From: Candidatus Latescibacterota bacterium
Lineage (GTDB): Bacteria; Latescibacterota; UBA2968; GCA-2709665
NCBI GenBank assembly: GCA_965237675.1
Contig: OZ250150.1
Span: 3,040,001 to 3,104,000, forward strand
DNA length: 64,000 bases
Direction of reading: 5' to 3'
Positions within the stretch are counted from its first letter, which is position 1. Every line of letters begins with the position of its first letter. Under the pieces are notes generated by a model. That model searched no databases and was not told the origin of the DNA. It worked only from the letters and a program-made list of their open reading frames with translations. The translations under genes and the position numbers were made by a program. This document shows, one piece after another, positions 18,279 through 29,500 of this stretch.

Positions 18279-18510
18279 TTGCCTTTAATCACAGCCCATC
18301 ATTTTAATCACACGAATCACAGTCTGTTTCGGTTTTCATCCTGTCTATCCATGTTTCTCGCTTCTCCGCTTTTGCCTTTAATCACAGTCCATCATTTTAA
18401 TCATACAAATCACAGTCTGTTTCGGTTTTCATCCTGTCTATCCATGTTTCTCGCTTCTCCGCTTTTGCCTTTAATCACAGTCCATCATTTTAATCATACA
18501 AATCACAGTC
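18279..18510. repeat. tandem 93-bp repeat, about 2.5 copies
   Basis: gcctttaatcacag... units start at 18281, 18374 and 18467. Confidence 0.92.
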
Positions 18511-19007
18511 TACCAGCCCCCAACCTGCGTCCGGTCCACGATATCCCGTGTCAGGATCTCGAACGCCGCGCCGAGGCCCTCCTGACGTGCCTCTTCGCGC
18601 TGTCCGGCGGCGCTGTAGATGCCGTATCCCTTCAGGCGCTTTTCCTCCCAGAGCAACTTCTTGTTTTTCGCATCGTAGCAGCTGACATCCAGAAAGACCG
18701 AAAGCTGGAACTGGTCCTCCTGGCCACGGTAGGTGAAGGGGTCGTCCCGCACCTCCACGATCGTACCGCGAAGCACAATGTCCGCACGGTCCTCGTCCAT
18801 CACACGCAGCGCCCCATCCTGCAGGAACGCCTGGATCAGGCTGTCCGTCAGCGCCTGCTGGATCTCCGGCTCCAGGCTCTCGTTCTCCATCAGCGGAATG
18901 GCGACCGAACGAAAACCCGACCCGCCGGTGGCCGATGTTGAATAGTACGCGCATCCGCCCAGCCAGAGCAGCAATAGTGCCGTGACAGGAAGAAGAGAAC
19001 GGTTCAA
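18510..19007 (-). CDS. lptE: LptE-family lipoprotein
   Basis: Lipobox LGGC; SVAIPLMENES and ADIVLRGTI motifs. Confidence 0.75.
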   Translation of the reverse strand: MNRSLLPVTALLLLWLGGCAYYSTSATGGSGFRSVAIPLMENESLEPEIQQALTDSLIQAFLQDGALRVMDEDRADIVLRGTIVEVRDDPFTYRGQEDQFQLSVFLDVSCYDAKNKKLLWEEKRLKGYGIYSAAGQREEARQEGLGAAFEILTRDIVDRTQVGGW

Positions 19008-19402
19008 GCCGATTCCTCCTCGTCTGCCTTCCCGGTCTCCTCGTCCTTCGGCGTCTTCTCTTCGGCGCTTTCGGCGGCCTCGTCTCCGCTTTCGCCCGAA
19101 GATTCATCGGTTTCATCGGGTATTTTGTTAACCTCGTCGATATAATTCATCCTCAACTCGTATAGCGCGTGCTCCAGAAACCGCTGCTCGTTATCGCTCA
19201 AATTGCCCTTTGTCTTGGCCTCCAGCATGGCCAGCATATCGATCGAGTGCTTCGCCTGGGCCAGGTCCCGTTCCACCTTATTGGTCACGGGATTCATCAC
19301 CTTGCCCATATGCTGCCAGGCCGCACCCTGAAACATCAGCACAACCTGCGAAAACAGAAACTCGTTCATCTGCTCCTGCGTAATCGGTTCGTTCTCGCCC
19401 AT
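19004..19402 (-). CDS. DUF1844 domain protein
   Basis: DLAQAKHSIDMLAMLEAKTKGNL...ELRMNY. Confidence 0.85.
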   Translation of the reverse strand: MGENEPITQEQMNEFLFSQVVLMFQGAAWQHMGKVMNPVTNKVERDLAQAKHSIDMLAMLEAKTKGNLSDNEQRFLEHALYELRMNYIDEVNKIPDETDESSGESGDEAAESAEEKTPKDEETGKADEEESA

Positions 19403-19472
19403 GTCAACAATCCTCCTTAAAATGTAGATTCAATGGCATCGCACTTCACGTCGTGTTGCTCACGTCTCACGT

Positions 19473-20099
19473 CTAACCGTCTAAGGCGGTTTCCAGCTGC
19501 GCCAGTGCGGTCTCTTCGTTTGCCCATCCACGCACGATGTCCATTTGCGCTTCGCCCCGTCTCACGACCACGCTCGGAAACTCCCGTACGCCCATCGACC
19601 GGCGCAGGTCAAATCCCGCCTGCAGTTGCGCTTCGATCTCCGGCGACCTGATGTCCCGTTCGAATCGATCCACGTCAAGCGGCGGTGAAAGCGTTCCTGC
19701 AACCGCGACCAGCGTTTCGGTATCCGAGGGATTCTTCGCCTCCTCGTAGTACGCCCGCTGGATGGCGTCGAACATCTCCGGCGCCGCATCGTCGCGCTGC
19801 GCCCTTGCCGCCAGCACCGCCCGGCAGGCGGGGTAGGTCGACCGGCGGGGCTTGCATTTGTGCCAGAAGTCCCAGTTGAATTCCGCTCCCGTCGCTGCCG
19901 TGACGTCCCGCCAATTCCGTTGTACGTACGCGCGGGTCGCTTCCGGCATCGGTTGGTCCGAATCCTTCGCCAGCCCGCCCATCACGTATACCACCGGCAC
20001 GGTCTCCGGAAGCGCCGCCACGACTTCGGTCAACACCGGCCTGAATCCCCAGCACCACGAACACATGGGGTCTGCGACGTAATAGAGTCGGGGATCCAT
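19473..20099 (-). CDS. DsbA-family thioredoxin-fold protein
   Basis: DPMCSWCWGF and GVREFPS motifs. Confidence 0.88.
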   Translation of the reverse strand: MDPRLYYVADPMCSWCWGFRPVLTEVVAALPETVPVVYVMGGLAKDSDQPMPEATRAYVQRNWRDVTAATGAEFNWDFWHKCKPRRSTYPACRAVLAARAQRDDAAPEMFDAIQRAYYEEAKNPSDTETLVAVAGTLSPPLDVDRFERDIRSPEIEAQLQAGFDLRRSMGVREFPSVVVRRGEAQMDIVRGWANEETALAQLETALDG

Positions 20100-20435
20100 T
20101 GTTCGTTCCTCTCAAGAATGCGCACGTCAAAGCGGAAGAAAGACGATGGGCGCGATTTGAATTACCCGAGACGAACCGGCCTTTAAATCCGGATTCCACG
20201 CCCCGGTACGGGTACAATATTAAAGACGCACGTTGAAAAAGGCAAGCATATCAGCCGCGTCCACAGCTGCGCAATGCCGATCCGAACGCCCTTTTCGGTG
20301 GCCCGACAGAATCCGCTTGCGCGGGCATATCAGTTGTGCGTACTTTCATCGTACATCATTTTTCCAACCCCGTCACGTATACGAATTGGTCATTGGAAAC
20401 GCGCAATCGGAAAACACATAAAAAGGAGGTCGCCA

Positions 20436-20900
20436 GTGAACGTGGAAGTCACCATAAACGGCGAGCGCCACAGCCACGACGTGGAGCCCAGGCTGCTGCT
20501 CGTGCATTTTCTGCGCGACGTAGTCGGCCTCACCGGCACCCACATCGGCTGCGAAACCAGCCTCTGCGGCGCCTGCACCGTGATGCTCAACGGGCAAGCG
20601 GTGAAATCCTGTACATTGCTCACGGTACAGGCGAATGGCGCGGAAATCACCACGATCGAAGGCCTGGCCGAAAACGGCGAACTCCATCCGGTCCAGGAGG
20701 GCTTCTGGGAGTGCCACGGCCTGCAGTGCGGCTTCTGCACGCCTGGTATGATCATAGCCGCCCACCAGTTGCTCCAGCGCAACGCCAGGCCCACCGAAGA
20801 ACAGATTCGGCGCGGCATCGAGGGCAACCTCTGTCGCTGCACCGGGTACCAGCACATTGTCGACGCTGTTCAGTACGCAGCCCGAAAAATGAGATCCTAA
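20436..20900 (+). CDS. (2Fe-2S) small subunit, CoxS/XdhC family
   Basis: [20 protein letters not shown] and GNLCRCTGY; AGGAGG RBS before the GTG. Confidence 0.92.
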   Translation: MNVEVTINGERHSHDVEPRLLLVHFLRDVVGLTGTHIGCETSLCGACTVMLNGQAVKSCTLLTVQANGAEITTIEGLAENGELHPVQEGFWECHGLQCGFCTPGMIIAAHQLLQRNARPTEEQIRRGIEGNLCRCTGYQHIVDAVQYAARKMRS

Positions 20901-20912
20901 AGGAGGTCTTCC

Positions 20913-23243
20913 ATGCCTGTCGGTAAATCAGTAGGCGCCAGAATCAAGCGCAGGGAAGATCCCCGGTTGATTCAGGGCCTTGCGCAATACGTAGACGACA
21001 TCCAACTGCCCGGGACGCTGCATGTCGCCGTCGTCCGCAGCCCGTACGGACACGCGCACATCAGCACCATCGACACCGCCGCCGCCGCGGGCCACCCGGG
21101 TGTGGTCGCCGTGGTTACCGGCGACGACCTCAAAGACAACATCGGCACCATTCCCTGCGCCGCCACCGATCCCGAAGCCTTTCCGGGCATCCAGGTTCCG
21201 GAGCATCCGGTTCTGGCCCACGGCAAGGTGCGTTTCGTAGGGGAGCCGGTCGCAGCGGTCGTGGCCGACTGCCCGTATACCGCCACGGACGCGGCCGAAC
21301 TCATTGAGGTGGACTACGACCCGCTCGACGCCGTTAACTCGGCCGAGGCCGCGCTCAGCGAAGGCGCGCCCGTGCTGCACGAACAGTTCGGCAGCAACCA
21401 GGCCTTCACCTGGGCTATTGCCGGCGGCGACATCGACGACGCCTTCGCCCAGGCCGACCGCGTTGTCAAACAGCGCTTCGACCACCAGCGCCTGGTCCCG
21501 AACCCCCTGGAAACCCGGGGCGTTGTCGCCCGGTTTCAACCCGGCGACGACAAACTCACCGTCTGGTCTTCCACCCAGATCCCGCATCTGCTCAAGACCC
21601 AGTTGTCACTCATTCTCAACCGGCCCGAACAACTCGTCCAGGTCATCGCCCCCGAAGTGGGCGGCGGCTTCGGCTGCAAGCTGAACGTGTACGCCGAGGA
21701 AGCCCTGGTGGGGTACCTCTCGATCCAGCTCAAGAAGCCGGTCAAGTGGATCGAAAGCCGGCGGGAAAATTTCCTGCACACGATCCACGGTCGCGACCAG
21801 ATTGGCGACGTGGAAGTCCCCGTCAAGAACGACGGGACCATCCTGGGCCTGAAATACACGGTGCAGGCCGACGTGGGCGCCTACTATCAACTGCTGACCC
21901 CCGCCATCCCGACCCTCACGGGGTTGATGCTCTGCGGCTGTTACAGGTTCCAGAACGTCTCCATGGAACTCACCGCCGCCTTCACCAACAAGATGGCCAC
22001 CGATGCGTACCGTGGCGCGGGAAGGCCGGAAGCCACCTACCTCGTCGAACGCATGCTGGACTGCGTGGCCTTCGATCTGGACATGGATCCACTTGAGGTC
22101 CGCCGCAAGAACTTCATCGGCAAAGACGAGTTCCCGTTTACGACCGGCACGGCCGTCGCGTACGACAGCGGCGACTACGACCTTGCCCTGAACAAGGCGC
22201 TCAAGAAAATCGACTACGAGGGTTTCAGGAAGGAACAGGAAGAGTCCCGCGAAAAGGGCCGGTACCTGGGCATCGGCTTCTCGACCTACGTGGAAATCTG
22301 TGGCATGGGGCCCTCGGCGGCCATGCCGGCCGGAGGATGGGAAAGTGGCACCGTGCGCGTGGACCCCACGGGCACGGTCACCGTTCTCACCGGCGTATCG
22401 CCCCACGGCCAGGGCCAGGAAACCACGTTTGCGCAACTCATCGCCGACGGACTGGGGGTGGACATCGACGATGTCCGCATCATCCACGGCGATACCGAAG
22501 CCGTCCAATACGGCATCGGCACGTTCGGCTCCCGAGCGACGGCGGTGGGTGGTACGGCCATGGTGATGGCCATGGAAAAAATTAAAGATAAGGCCATCGA
22601 TATCGCCGCGCACCTCCTGGAGAGCAATCCCCAGGACATCGTCCTGGAAGACGGCAAATACGGCGTCAAGGGTTCGCCCGACCAGGGCGTGACCCTTATG
22701 GATATATCGATGGCCGCCCACGGGGGCGTGAATCTGCCGCCGGATACCGAACCGGGCATGGCTGCCACCCACTTCTTCGAACCCTCCAATTTTACCTACC
22801 CGTTCGGCACCCATATCGCCATCGTGGAAGTGGACGGAGACACCGGCGAAGTGGACATCCTGCGCTATATCGCGGTTGACGACTGCGGCCGGATCATCAA
22901 CCCGATGATCGTCGAGGGTCAGATCCACGGGGGCATCGTCCAGGGTCTGGGCCAGGCGCTTTACGAAGAAGCCATTTACGACGAGAGCGGCCAGATGCTC
23001 ACCGGGTCGTTCATGGACTATGCCCTGCCCAAGGCGCACAACCTCCCGCGCTTCGAACTGGACAACACGGTTACGCCTTCCCCCGTGAACCCCATGGGTG
23101 TCAAGGGCGTGGGAGAGGCCGGTACCATCGGCTCAACGCCGTCCATCGTCAACGCGGTGGTCGATGCGCTCAAGCCATTCGGCGTACGTCATATCGACAT
23201 GCCGTTGCGTCCCGAAAAACTCTGGAAGCTGATGCAGGGTTAG
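20913..23243 (+). CDS. molybdopterin large subunit, xanthine dehydrogenase/CoxL form II-like
   Basis: VGGGFG, active-site loop AYRGAGR and KGVGEAG. Confidence 0.92.
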   Translation: MPVGKSVGARIKRREDPRLIQGLAQYVDDIQLPGTLHVAVVRSPYGHAHISTIDTAAAAGHPGVVAVVTGDDLKDNIGTIPCAATDPEAFPGIQVPEHPVLAHGKVRFVGEPVAAVVADCPYTATDAAELIEVDYDPLDAVNSAEAALSEGAPVLHEQFGSNQAFTWAIAGGDIDDAFAQADRVVKQRFDHQRLVPNPLETRGVVARFQPGDDKLTVWSSTQIPHLLKTQLSLILNRPEQLVQVIAPEVGGGFGCKLNVYAEEALVGYLSIQLKKPVKWIESRRENFLHTIHGRDQIGDVEVPVKNDGTILGLKYTVQADVGAYYQLLTPAIPTLTGLMLCGCYRFQNVSMELTAAFTNKMATDAYRGAGRPEATYLVERMLDCVAFDLDMDPLEVRRKNFIGKDEFPFTTGTAVAYDSGDYDLALNKALKKIDYEGFRKEQEESREKGRYLGIGFSTYVEICGMGPSAAMPAGGWESGTVRVDPTGTVTVLTGVSPHGQGQETTFAQLIADGLGVDIDDVRIIHGDTEAVQYGIGTFGSRATAVGGTAMVMAMEKIKDKAIDIAAHLLESNPQDIVLEDGKYGVKGSPDQGVTLMDISMAAHGGVNLPPDTEPGMAATHFFEPSNFTYPFGTHIAIVEVDGDTGEVDILRYIAVDDCGRIINPMIVEGQIHGGIVQGLGQALYEEAIYDESGQMLTGSFMDYALPKAHNLPRFELDNTVTPSPVNPMGVKGVGEAGTIGSTPSIVNAVVDALKPFGVRHIDMPLRPEKLWKLMQG

Positions 23244-23343
23244 GTTGTTTTCCCGGCCCATCGGGGGGCACGGAAGACCGGATGACGACCGGTTGAACGC
23301 GCACGCGCGGATGTTCAAAATTTCGATACCTGGAGAAATCACA

Positions 23344-24210
23344 ATGATTCCAAGCCCATTCGACTATCATGCGCCGAAGACACTGAGAAAGGCGCTCAGC
23401 CTGCTTCAGGAACACGGCGACGACGCCAAGGTCCTGGCGGGCGGCCACAGCCTCATCCCACTGATGAAATTGCGGTTCGCCTCGCCTGCAACCCTCATCG
23501 ACCTCGGCGGCATCACGGGTCTGCGGAAGGTCGTCGCCGGAAACGAAACCATATCGATCGGCGCGCTGGCGACGCACTACGCGGTCGAAAGCCACCGGCT
23601 GCTGAAATCCAGGTGCGGCCTGCTCCCGGAAACCGCCTCGGCCATCGGAGACGTCCAGGTGCGCAATCGCGGTACGGTTGGCGGCAGCCTGGTCCACGCG
23701 GACCCCGCGGCGGACTGGCCCGCCACGATGCTTGCGTTGAACGCCGAACTCGATATCGCCGGCGCCGGGGGCGAGCGGAGCGTTTCCATCGGCGATTTCT
23801 TCGAAGATCTGCTCACCACCGCCATCGACGACGACGAAATCCTCACCCGGATCCGTGTCGCCACCCCGCCGGCCAACTCCGGCGGCGCCTACGTCAAGAT
23901 GCACCAGTCCGCATCGGGATTCGCCATCTGCGGCGTTGCCGCGCAGGTCACGCGGGACAACGGCAACTTCGCCTCGGTCGGCATCGGCATCACCGGCGTA
24001 TCCCCGGTGGCCTATAGGGCCTCGGGCGTCGAAGCCGCGCTCCAGGGGGGGCCGCTGAACAGCGAGACCATTTCCGCGGCAGCGGAAAAAGCCGCTGAAG
24101 GCGTTGAAGAGTTCCAGGAAGACCATCACGCCTCGGGCGACTATCGTGCCCATCTGGCAAGGGTCTTTACCCGCCAGGCGCTCACCCTGGCCGCGGAACG
24201 GGCGGCCTGA
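23344..24210 (+). CDS. FAD-binding medium subunit, CoxM family
   Basis: AGGHSLIPLMKLR and RNRGTVGGS..HADPAAD. Confidence 0.92.
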   Translation: MIPSPFDYHAPKTLRKALSLLQEHGDDAKVLAGGHSLIPLMKLRFASPATLIDLGGITGLRKVVAGNETISIGALATHYAVESHRLLKSRCGLLPETASAIGDVQVRNRGTVGGSLVHADPAADWPATMLALNAELDIAGAGGERSVSIGDFFEDLLTTAIDDDEILTRIRVATPPANSGGAYVKMHQSASGFAICGVAAQVTRDNGNFASVGIGITGVSPVAYRASGVEAALQGGPLNSETISAAAEKAAEGVEEFQEDHHASGDYRAHLARVFTRQALTLAAERAA

Positions 24211-24317
24211 CAGGCCCGATTCCATCGATTCGATATGCAAGCGCGCCGTCGACGCAACCGCAAGTCGGGCGCGCGCTTGCGCGTACGTACCCCGCGGAAG
24301 GCGCGGAGGAGGCGCTT

Positions 24318-24827
24318 TTGAAAATCCAGGGCACGCATACGATCAACGCGCCGCGGGAACGGGTCTTCGAAATGCTCACGGATCCCGATGCTCTCGCCAG
24401 GTGTATACCCGGCGCCAGGAAACTGAAACGGGTCGGTGAGAACATGTACGAATTGGAGATCAACGCGGGCGTCGGTCCAATCAGGGGTAGTTACAGCGGC
24501 ACGGTTCGCCTGGAAGACCTGAACCCGCCGGATCACTATCGCATGATCGTCGACGCGAAGGGAAAGACCGGATTTGTCAGGGGCGAGGGCAGCATCGATC
24601 TCGGCCCCGAGGGCGACGGGACCCAGGTTTCATACAGCGGCAACGTGCAACTCGGGGGCCCCGTTGCGGCGGTGGGCCAGCGCTTGCACCTGAGCGTTTC
24701 GAAAATGATGACACGACAGCTTTTCGGCGCCATCGAGGCCGAGGCCAACGCGGCGCCGGGCGAAACGGTAAAGCATGGTATCCTGCGGGACTATCTCCGC
24801 GGCAAGAAGCACGGGGCGGGGCAATAG
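24318..24827 (+). CDS. CoxG (SRPBCC) protein
   Basis: LTDPDALARCIPG and GGPVAAVGQRL; position in the operon. Confidence 0.85.
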   Translation: MKIQGTHTINAPRERVFEMLTDPDALARCIPGARKLKRVGENMYELEINAGVGPIRGSYSGTVRLEDLNPPDHYRMIVDAKGKTGFVRGEGSIDLGPEGDGTQVSYSGNVQLGGPVAAVGQRLHLSVSKMMTRQLFGAIEAEANAAPGETVKHGILRDYLRGKKHGAGQ

Positions 24828-24990
24828 CGTTTCACGCCGGTATAGGCGCTGAGGCAGGCTCAACCCGGATTTTGTAAGGGCCTGGAAGAAAAATGCTGTT
24901 TTTGATGGATATGGCGCCAGGACGTGTCCGTGAGATCCATATGCATCGTGTACAACATCCGGCCACCCATTCGCGAAACTGACTTTCCGC

Positions 24991-25356
24991 ATGCCCTTCA
25001 TCGACTGGAAAGACATCCCCGTCAACGAACTGGCGCCCGGCGTGCGCATCCGTGCGCCCTACGGCGAGAATATCATGATCTCCCTGCTGGAAATGGACGA
25101 GGGCGCGGTTGTACCGCTGCATCATCATCCGCACGAGCAGGGCGGCATTATGCTCCAGGGACGGATCGAACTTACCATCGGTGACGACACCCGTACCGTT
25201 GAGAAGGACGCTGCCTATCTCATCCCGCCCCATGTGCCGCATCGCGCGGTCGCAGTGGGCGGCACCGCCGTTGTGCTGGATATCTTCAGCCCCGTGCGGG
25301 AAGACTATGTGGAACTGGGCAACCGCTACATCCCGCGGGAAGACGCGCCCGGATAA
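24991..25356 (+). CDS. cupin domain protein
   Basis: HHHPHEQ and IPPHVPH...DIFSPVREDY. Confidence 0.88.
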   Translation: MPFIDWKDIPVNELAPGVRIRAPYGENIMISLLEMDEGAVVPLHHHPHEQGGIMLQGRIELTIGDDTRTVEKDAAYLIPPHVPHRAVAVGGTAVVLDIFSPVREDYVELGNRYIPREDAPG

Positions 25357-25376
25357 ACCCGCCTCAGGAGGCCGCC

Positions 25377-25832
25377 GTGTTGCAAAGAATCCTGGAAACC
25401 GACAACAGTACCTCGAGCCTCATCCTTCGTCTTGCGCTGGGTATCGTCATGTTTCCGCACGGCGCCCAGAAACTGCTGGGCTGGTTCGGCGGTTACGGAT
25501 TTTCCGGAACGATAGGCTTCTTTACCGAAACCCTCGGAATCCCCGCCCTCTTTGCATTTCTGGTCATCATTGCCGAGTTCTTCGGTGCCCTGGCCCTCAT
25601 CGTCGGCCTGCTCACCCGGATCGCCGCGCTCGGCGTCGGCGTCGTGATGGCCGTGGCCGCGACCCTGCACGTTTCGAACGGTTTTTTCATGAACTGGACC
25701 GGGCAACAGCAGGGCGAGGGGTATGAGTATCACCTCCTCGCACTTGGCATCACCGTCGCGATCGTCCTGAACGGCGCCGGCCGCTGTTCGGTGGACCGGG
25801 CCCTGGTGACGAACGCGGATTCCTCGACATGA
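25377..25832 (+). CDS. DoxX family membrane protein
   Basis: HGAQKLLGWFGG and GEGYEYHLL. Confidence 0.9.
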   Translation: MLQRILETDNSTSSLILRLALGIVMFPHGAQKLLGWFGGYGFSGTIGFFTETLGIPALFAFLVIIAEFFGALALIVGLLTRIAALGVGVVMAVAATLHVSNGFFMNWTGQQQGEGYEYHLLALGITVAIVLNGAGRCSVDRALVTNADSST

Positions 25833-25870
25833 CATTCACGTATTGACCGTCCGTTCGCTTGGCTCCAATC

Positions 25871-25919
25871 GAATAAGACAAGAGGGTCGGGAAGTGCTCC
25901 CGACCCTCTTGTCTTATTC
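25871..25919. terminator. perfect 22-bp-arm hairpin, likely bidirectional terminator
   Basis: GAATAAGACAAGAGGGTCGGGA-agtgc-TCCCGACCCTCTTGTCTTATTC between convergent genes. Confidence 0.75.
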
Positions 25920-26126
25920 ACAGTCCGGCTTATCTTCCACCTCTGAGGCGGCACAAGGTAGCGAATAGCTTACCTCAGTCATCAGACGAAAGAACAATTG
26001 ACGTCTGCGCCATCAGGCGTGCAACCACGAAAGGCAGTGAGACGGGAGACGTAAGAAGGCCACCCCGCGTCCACCGGACATCGATATGGCCTGGCGAAGT
26101 CAATCGGTGATATGCGCGCCACGACG

Positions 26127-26153
26127 AGGGCAACCACAAGGGTTGCCCCTACA
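26127..26153 (-). repeat. GTAG-type REP-like palindrome
   Basis: Reverse complement is TGTAGGGGCAACCCTTGTGGTTGCCCT; near-identical copy at 29927. Confidence 0.75.
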
Positions 26154-26510
26154 AAGCAGCGATCAGCGGTCAGCAATCAGCAGTCAGCTAACACCGGTTC
26201 GCGGTACGGGGGCAAATCCACACGGCGATCCTTCCCGGCCAACCCATCGCCCGCCCGGCCTGGGGGGTTGGGGGTTTTCCCGCGCTATACCGTCCAGCAG
26301 TGTCGCCTGGTGTATGCTTCGGTGGTCTCAGGGCAGTGTCCCACGACCTCTCCATTGAAGCGATTCGCGGAAAAACAGCCCAGCGGCGTCTGAGCGGCGC
26401 CGTTCTTTTTGGCTCTTTTTCATTGGCGAGAAAGAAAAAGGGCGTAAAATAATAAAAGATAAGAATTTATATCCAAATTCATCCCTAAAAACCTGTCATT
26501 CAGAAACGCC

Positions 26511-29500
26511 TTATCGTTGTGACATCTCAACCTTTGACGATGACAGAAGAGATCCGGCAAACCCCCTCAGGAAATGGCGTAGATCGTCCAGATAGGTATA
26601 GAATAGCGGCACGACGAACAGCGTCAATATCGTCGATGAGACCAACCCGCCGATCATCGTGATGCCCAGAGGCGCGTACGGCGTTCCCAGCATGGTCGCT
26701 GATCCGGCGGCCATCGGGAACAATCCGAAGATGGTCGTGAAGGTTGTCATCAGAATGGGCCGAAACCGGTTGTACCCAGCCTCCTCGATCGCCTTCGCGC
26801 GGCTCATGCCGCTCACTCTCAACCGGTTAATCATATCAATCAGCACGATCGCGTTGTTCACCACCACGCCAATGAGCAGAATAATGCCCATTTGGGACAT
26901 TTTTCCCATAACGGTATCCGTGAGGAACAGACTCCAGTACACCCCCAGGAAGGCGAACGGGATTGACAGCAACACCGCAAACGGCAGAACGAACGACTCG
27001 AAGAGCACGCCCATCAGTAAGAATACACAGGTAATCGCCATCGTGATTGCAAACGACATCGTATCGTCGGTCTCCCGGAACCTGGAGTAGGTCTCCCCCT
27101 TGTTCCAGGAATATCCCCGCGGCATGGCGAAACCTTCCATCGCCCGGTCGATCCGGGCCCACAGCCCTTGCAGATCCTCCTGTGTCGTGTGCGCTTTTAC
27201 CCACATCCGTATCTTCCCGCCCTCCCTCCGAATGGAACCGCTGCCCTTCGTTACGTTGAACGTGGCGAAAGCCGAAAGGGGAACCTGGATGCCGTTCTTG
27301 GATCGAAACGGAAAACTCTTGAGTTGCGCCAGTGTCTGGCGGTCGTCCTCGTCCATAAACAGCCGGACGGAAATCTCACGGTCTCCCTTGTAATACGGTG
27401 CCAGGTTGACGCCGCGCAGCTGATATGAGATGCTGCGCCCTACAGCCTGGGCGGAAATCCCATACGAATGAGCCTGTTCCTTGTTGATGAGCACCTGCAC
27501 CTCTGTTTCTGCAAACTCGAGATTGCTGTCCACGCTCACGACGTCCGGAATCGCCTCCACCCGTTGCCGCACCGCCTCCGACAGCTCGCCCAGGACGTCG
27601 ATGTCCTCGCCGTAGAGATAGACCGAAACGCCCGGGTCGCTGCGCCAACTGGTCTGCACCATCAACCGGACGCCCACAAAGCGGGGAATAAGCTTCTTGA
27701 CATCCGCGATGACCGCCGCTCGTGTCATCCGCCCCTTCACGGGGATTCCGACCTTCTTTCGAACGCTCCTGTAGAACTGTTTCCACCACGCCCGGTCCGG
27801 CTCTTCTTCCAGATAGACCCGGATGAAGCCGCGTTGCCGCCAGTAACCCAGCCGCACCGTTCTAATTCGGTACGTATCCCGCTTACTGTCCAGAAAATCC
27901 TCGATCTGAGTTGCGATCAGCTCCATCTCCGCCCGCTTGAAGAACGGAGGGGCCGCGAGACGAATATAAAACTCATTATTCACCCGGGCACGCCCGGTTG
28001 TCTTTTTGATGTTCGACGCCGGATAGAGGACCGAAACAAACAGGATGATGAAGATCAGCGAAGCGTCCCGGCGGTGTGCAAGAATCCACCTCAGACAGGC
28101 CTGATATTTCCGACGCGACCACCGGATCGACCGCGGATCTTCCTTGGGGGAGTGCTTGCCGAGCAACTTCGCCGCAAGGGGGATGAAGATCAGCGCCACA
28201 AACAGAGATCCCAACAACGACACAACCACCGGAATACCGATCCTGGTGAGTTCAAAGGTCAGCCCGATGTCGCCTGTCATAAACATCAGCGGCATAAAGA
28301 CCACGACCGTGGTCAGCGTCGCCATCGATATGGCCATGCCCACCTCGCTGGCCCCGGCAACGGAGGCTTCCTGCGCATCCATTCCTTTTGCCCGCATCCG
28401 ATAGATGTTTTCCACGATGACGATCGCGTTGTCCACCACCATTCCCATCCCCACCATCAGACCCATCATCGTCAGCAGATTCAACGACCAGTCCAGAAAA
28501 TAGAGCGCGGAAATCGTCATCATAATACACAGTGGAATCGACAGCGTAATCAGGGCCGTCATCCGGATCGCGCGAAGGAAATACAGCAGGATCAGGGCGG
28601 CAAAGAGGCCGCCCCAAATCGCGGTAATCCGGATGTTGTCAATCGAATCCCGCACCGCCTTTCCCTGATCCCACATAATGTTGAACTGTACCCCGGTTTC
28701 CTGACCGATCCGTTCCAATTCCTCCTTCACCAGGCTGGACACGTCCACCACATTGGCGCTCGACTCCTTGTATACATCCAGTCCGACTGCTTCCTTTCCA
28801 TTGATTCGCCAGGATCCCAGGTCCGGCGGCCTTCCGAATAGCACGCCCCCGACGTCGGCAACGCTGACGGGTCCCAGGCCGTTCGACCGCTTGATGGGAA
28901 TCCGCCGGATCTCGTCCATGTCCCGATACCGCGCCAGCGAACGGACGAAATACTTCTTTTCACCTTCCTGTACGTAACCGCCGGCCAGCGCGAAATTCTC
29001 TCCCTGCAACGCCTGCACCACGTCGGCGGGTCGAAGGCCCAGCGAACGCATCCGTTCCTGGAACACGACCACCATGATCTCCTTTCTGAATCGTCCCCAG
29101 AAAGAGACCTTCGCCACCCCATCGATTCGTTCCAGACGACGTTGAACCTTGTTTTCCATAAACGACTGGATATCATCCAGCCCCGCCGGCGGGGCGACCC
29201 CCATCCATATGATCTCCTGGTCCGTCTCCTCGTTATACTTCCAGACGCCCGTCCGGTCGCGCTTCTCAGGGGGTAATTCCAGTTTCAGGCGGTCCAGCCG
29301 GTCCATCACCTGGTTGTAGGCCAGAGACATATCCGTCTCCGCGCGAAACCGAAGACCGGCCTCCGCCCAGTTATTGCCGGCCCACGTACGCATCCGGAGG
29401 AGGTTCTTGACGGTTCCGAAATGCGCCTCGAACAGCCGGCAGATTTCCTGGTCGTTCTCCTTGGGGGAGGTATCCTGATTGCCCACCCACACCCACAGTT

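Noticed and set aside
18225-18941. 238-aa ORF with HHFNHTNHS repeats
   Set aside because: It is a read-through of the 93-bp DNA tandem repeat and is antisense to lptE.
20913-23243. Bona fide aerobic CO dehydrogenase (form I)
   Set aside because: The active-site loop is AYRGAGR rather than AYXCSFR and the gene order is S-L-M; the substrate is unknown.
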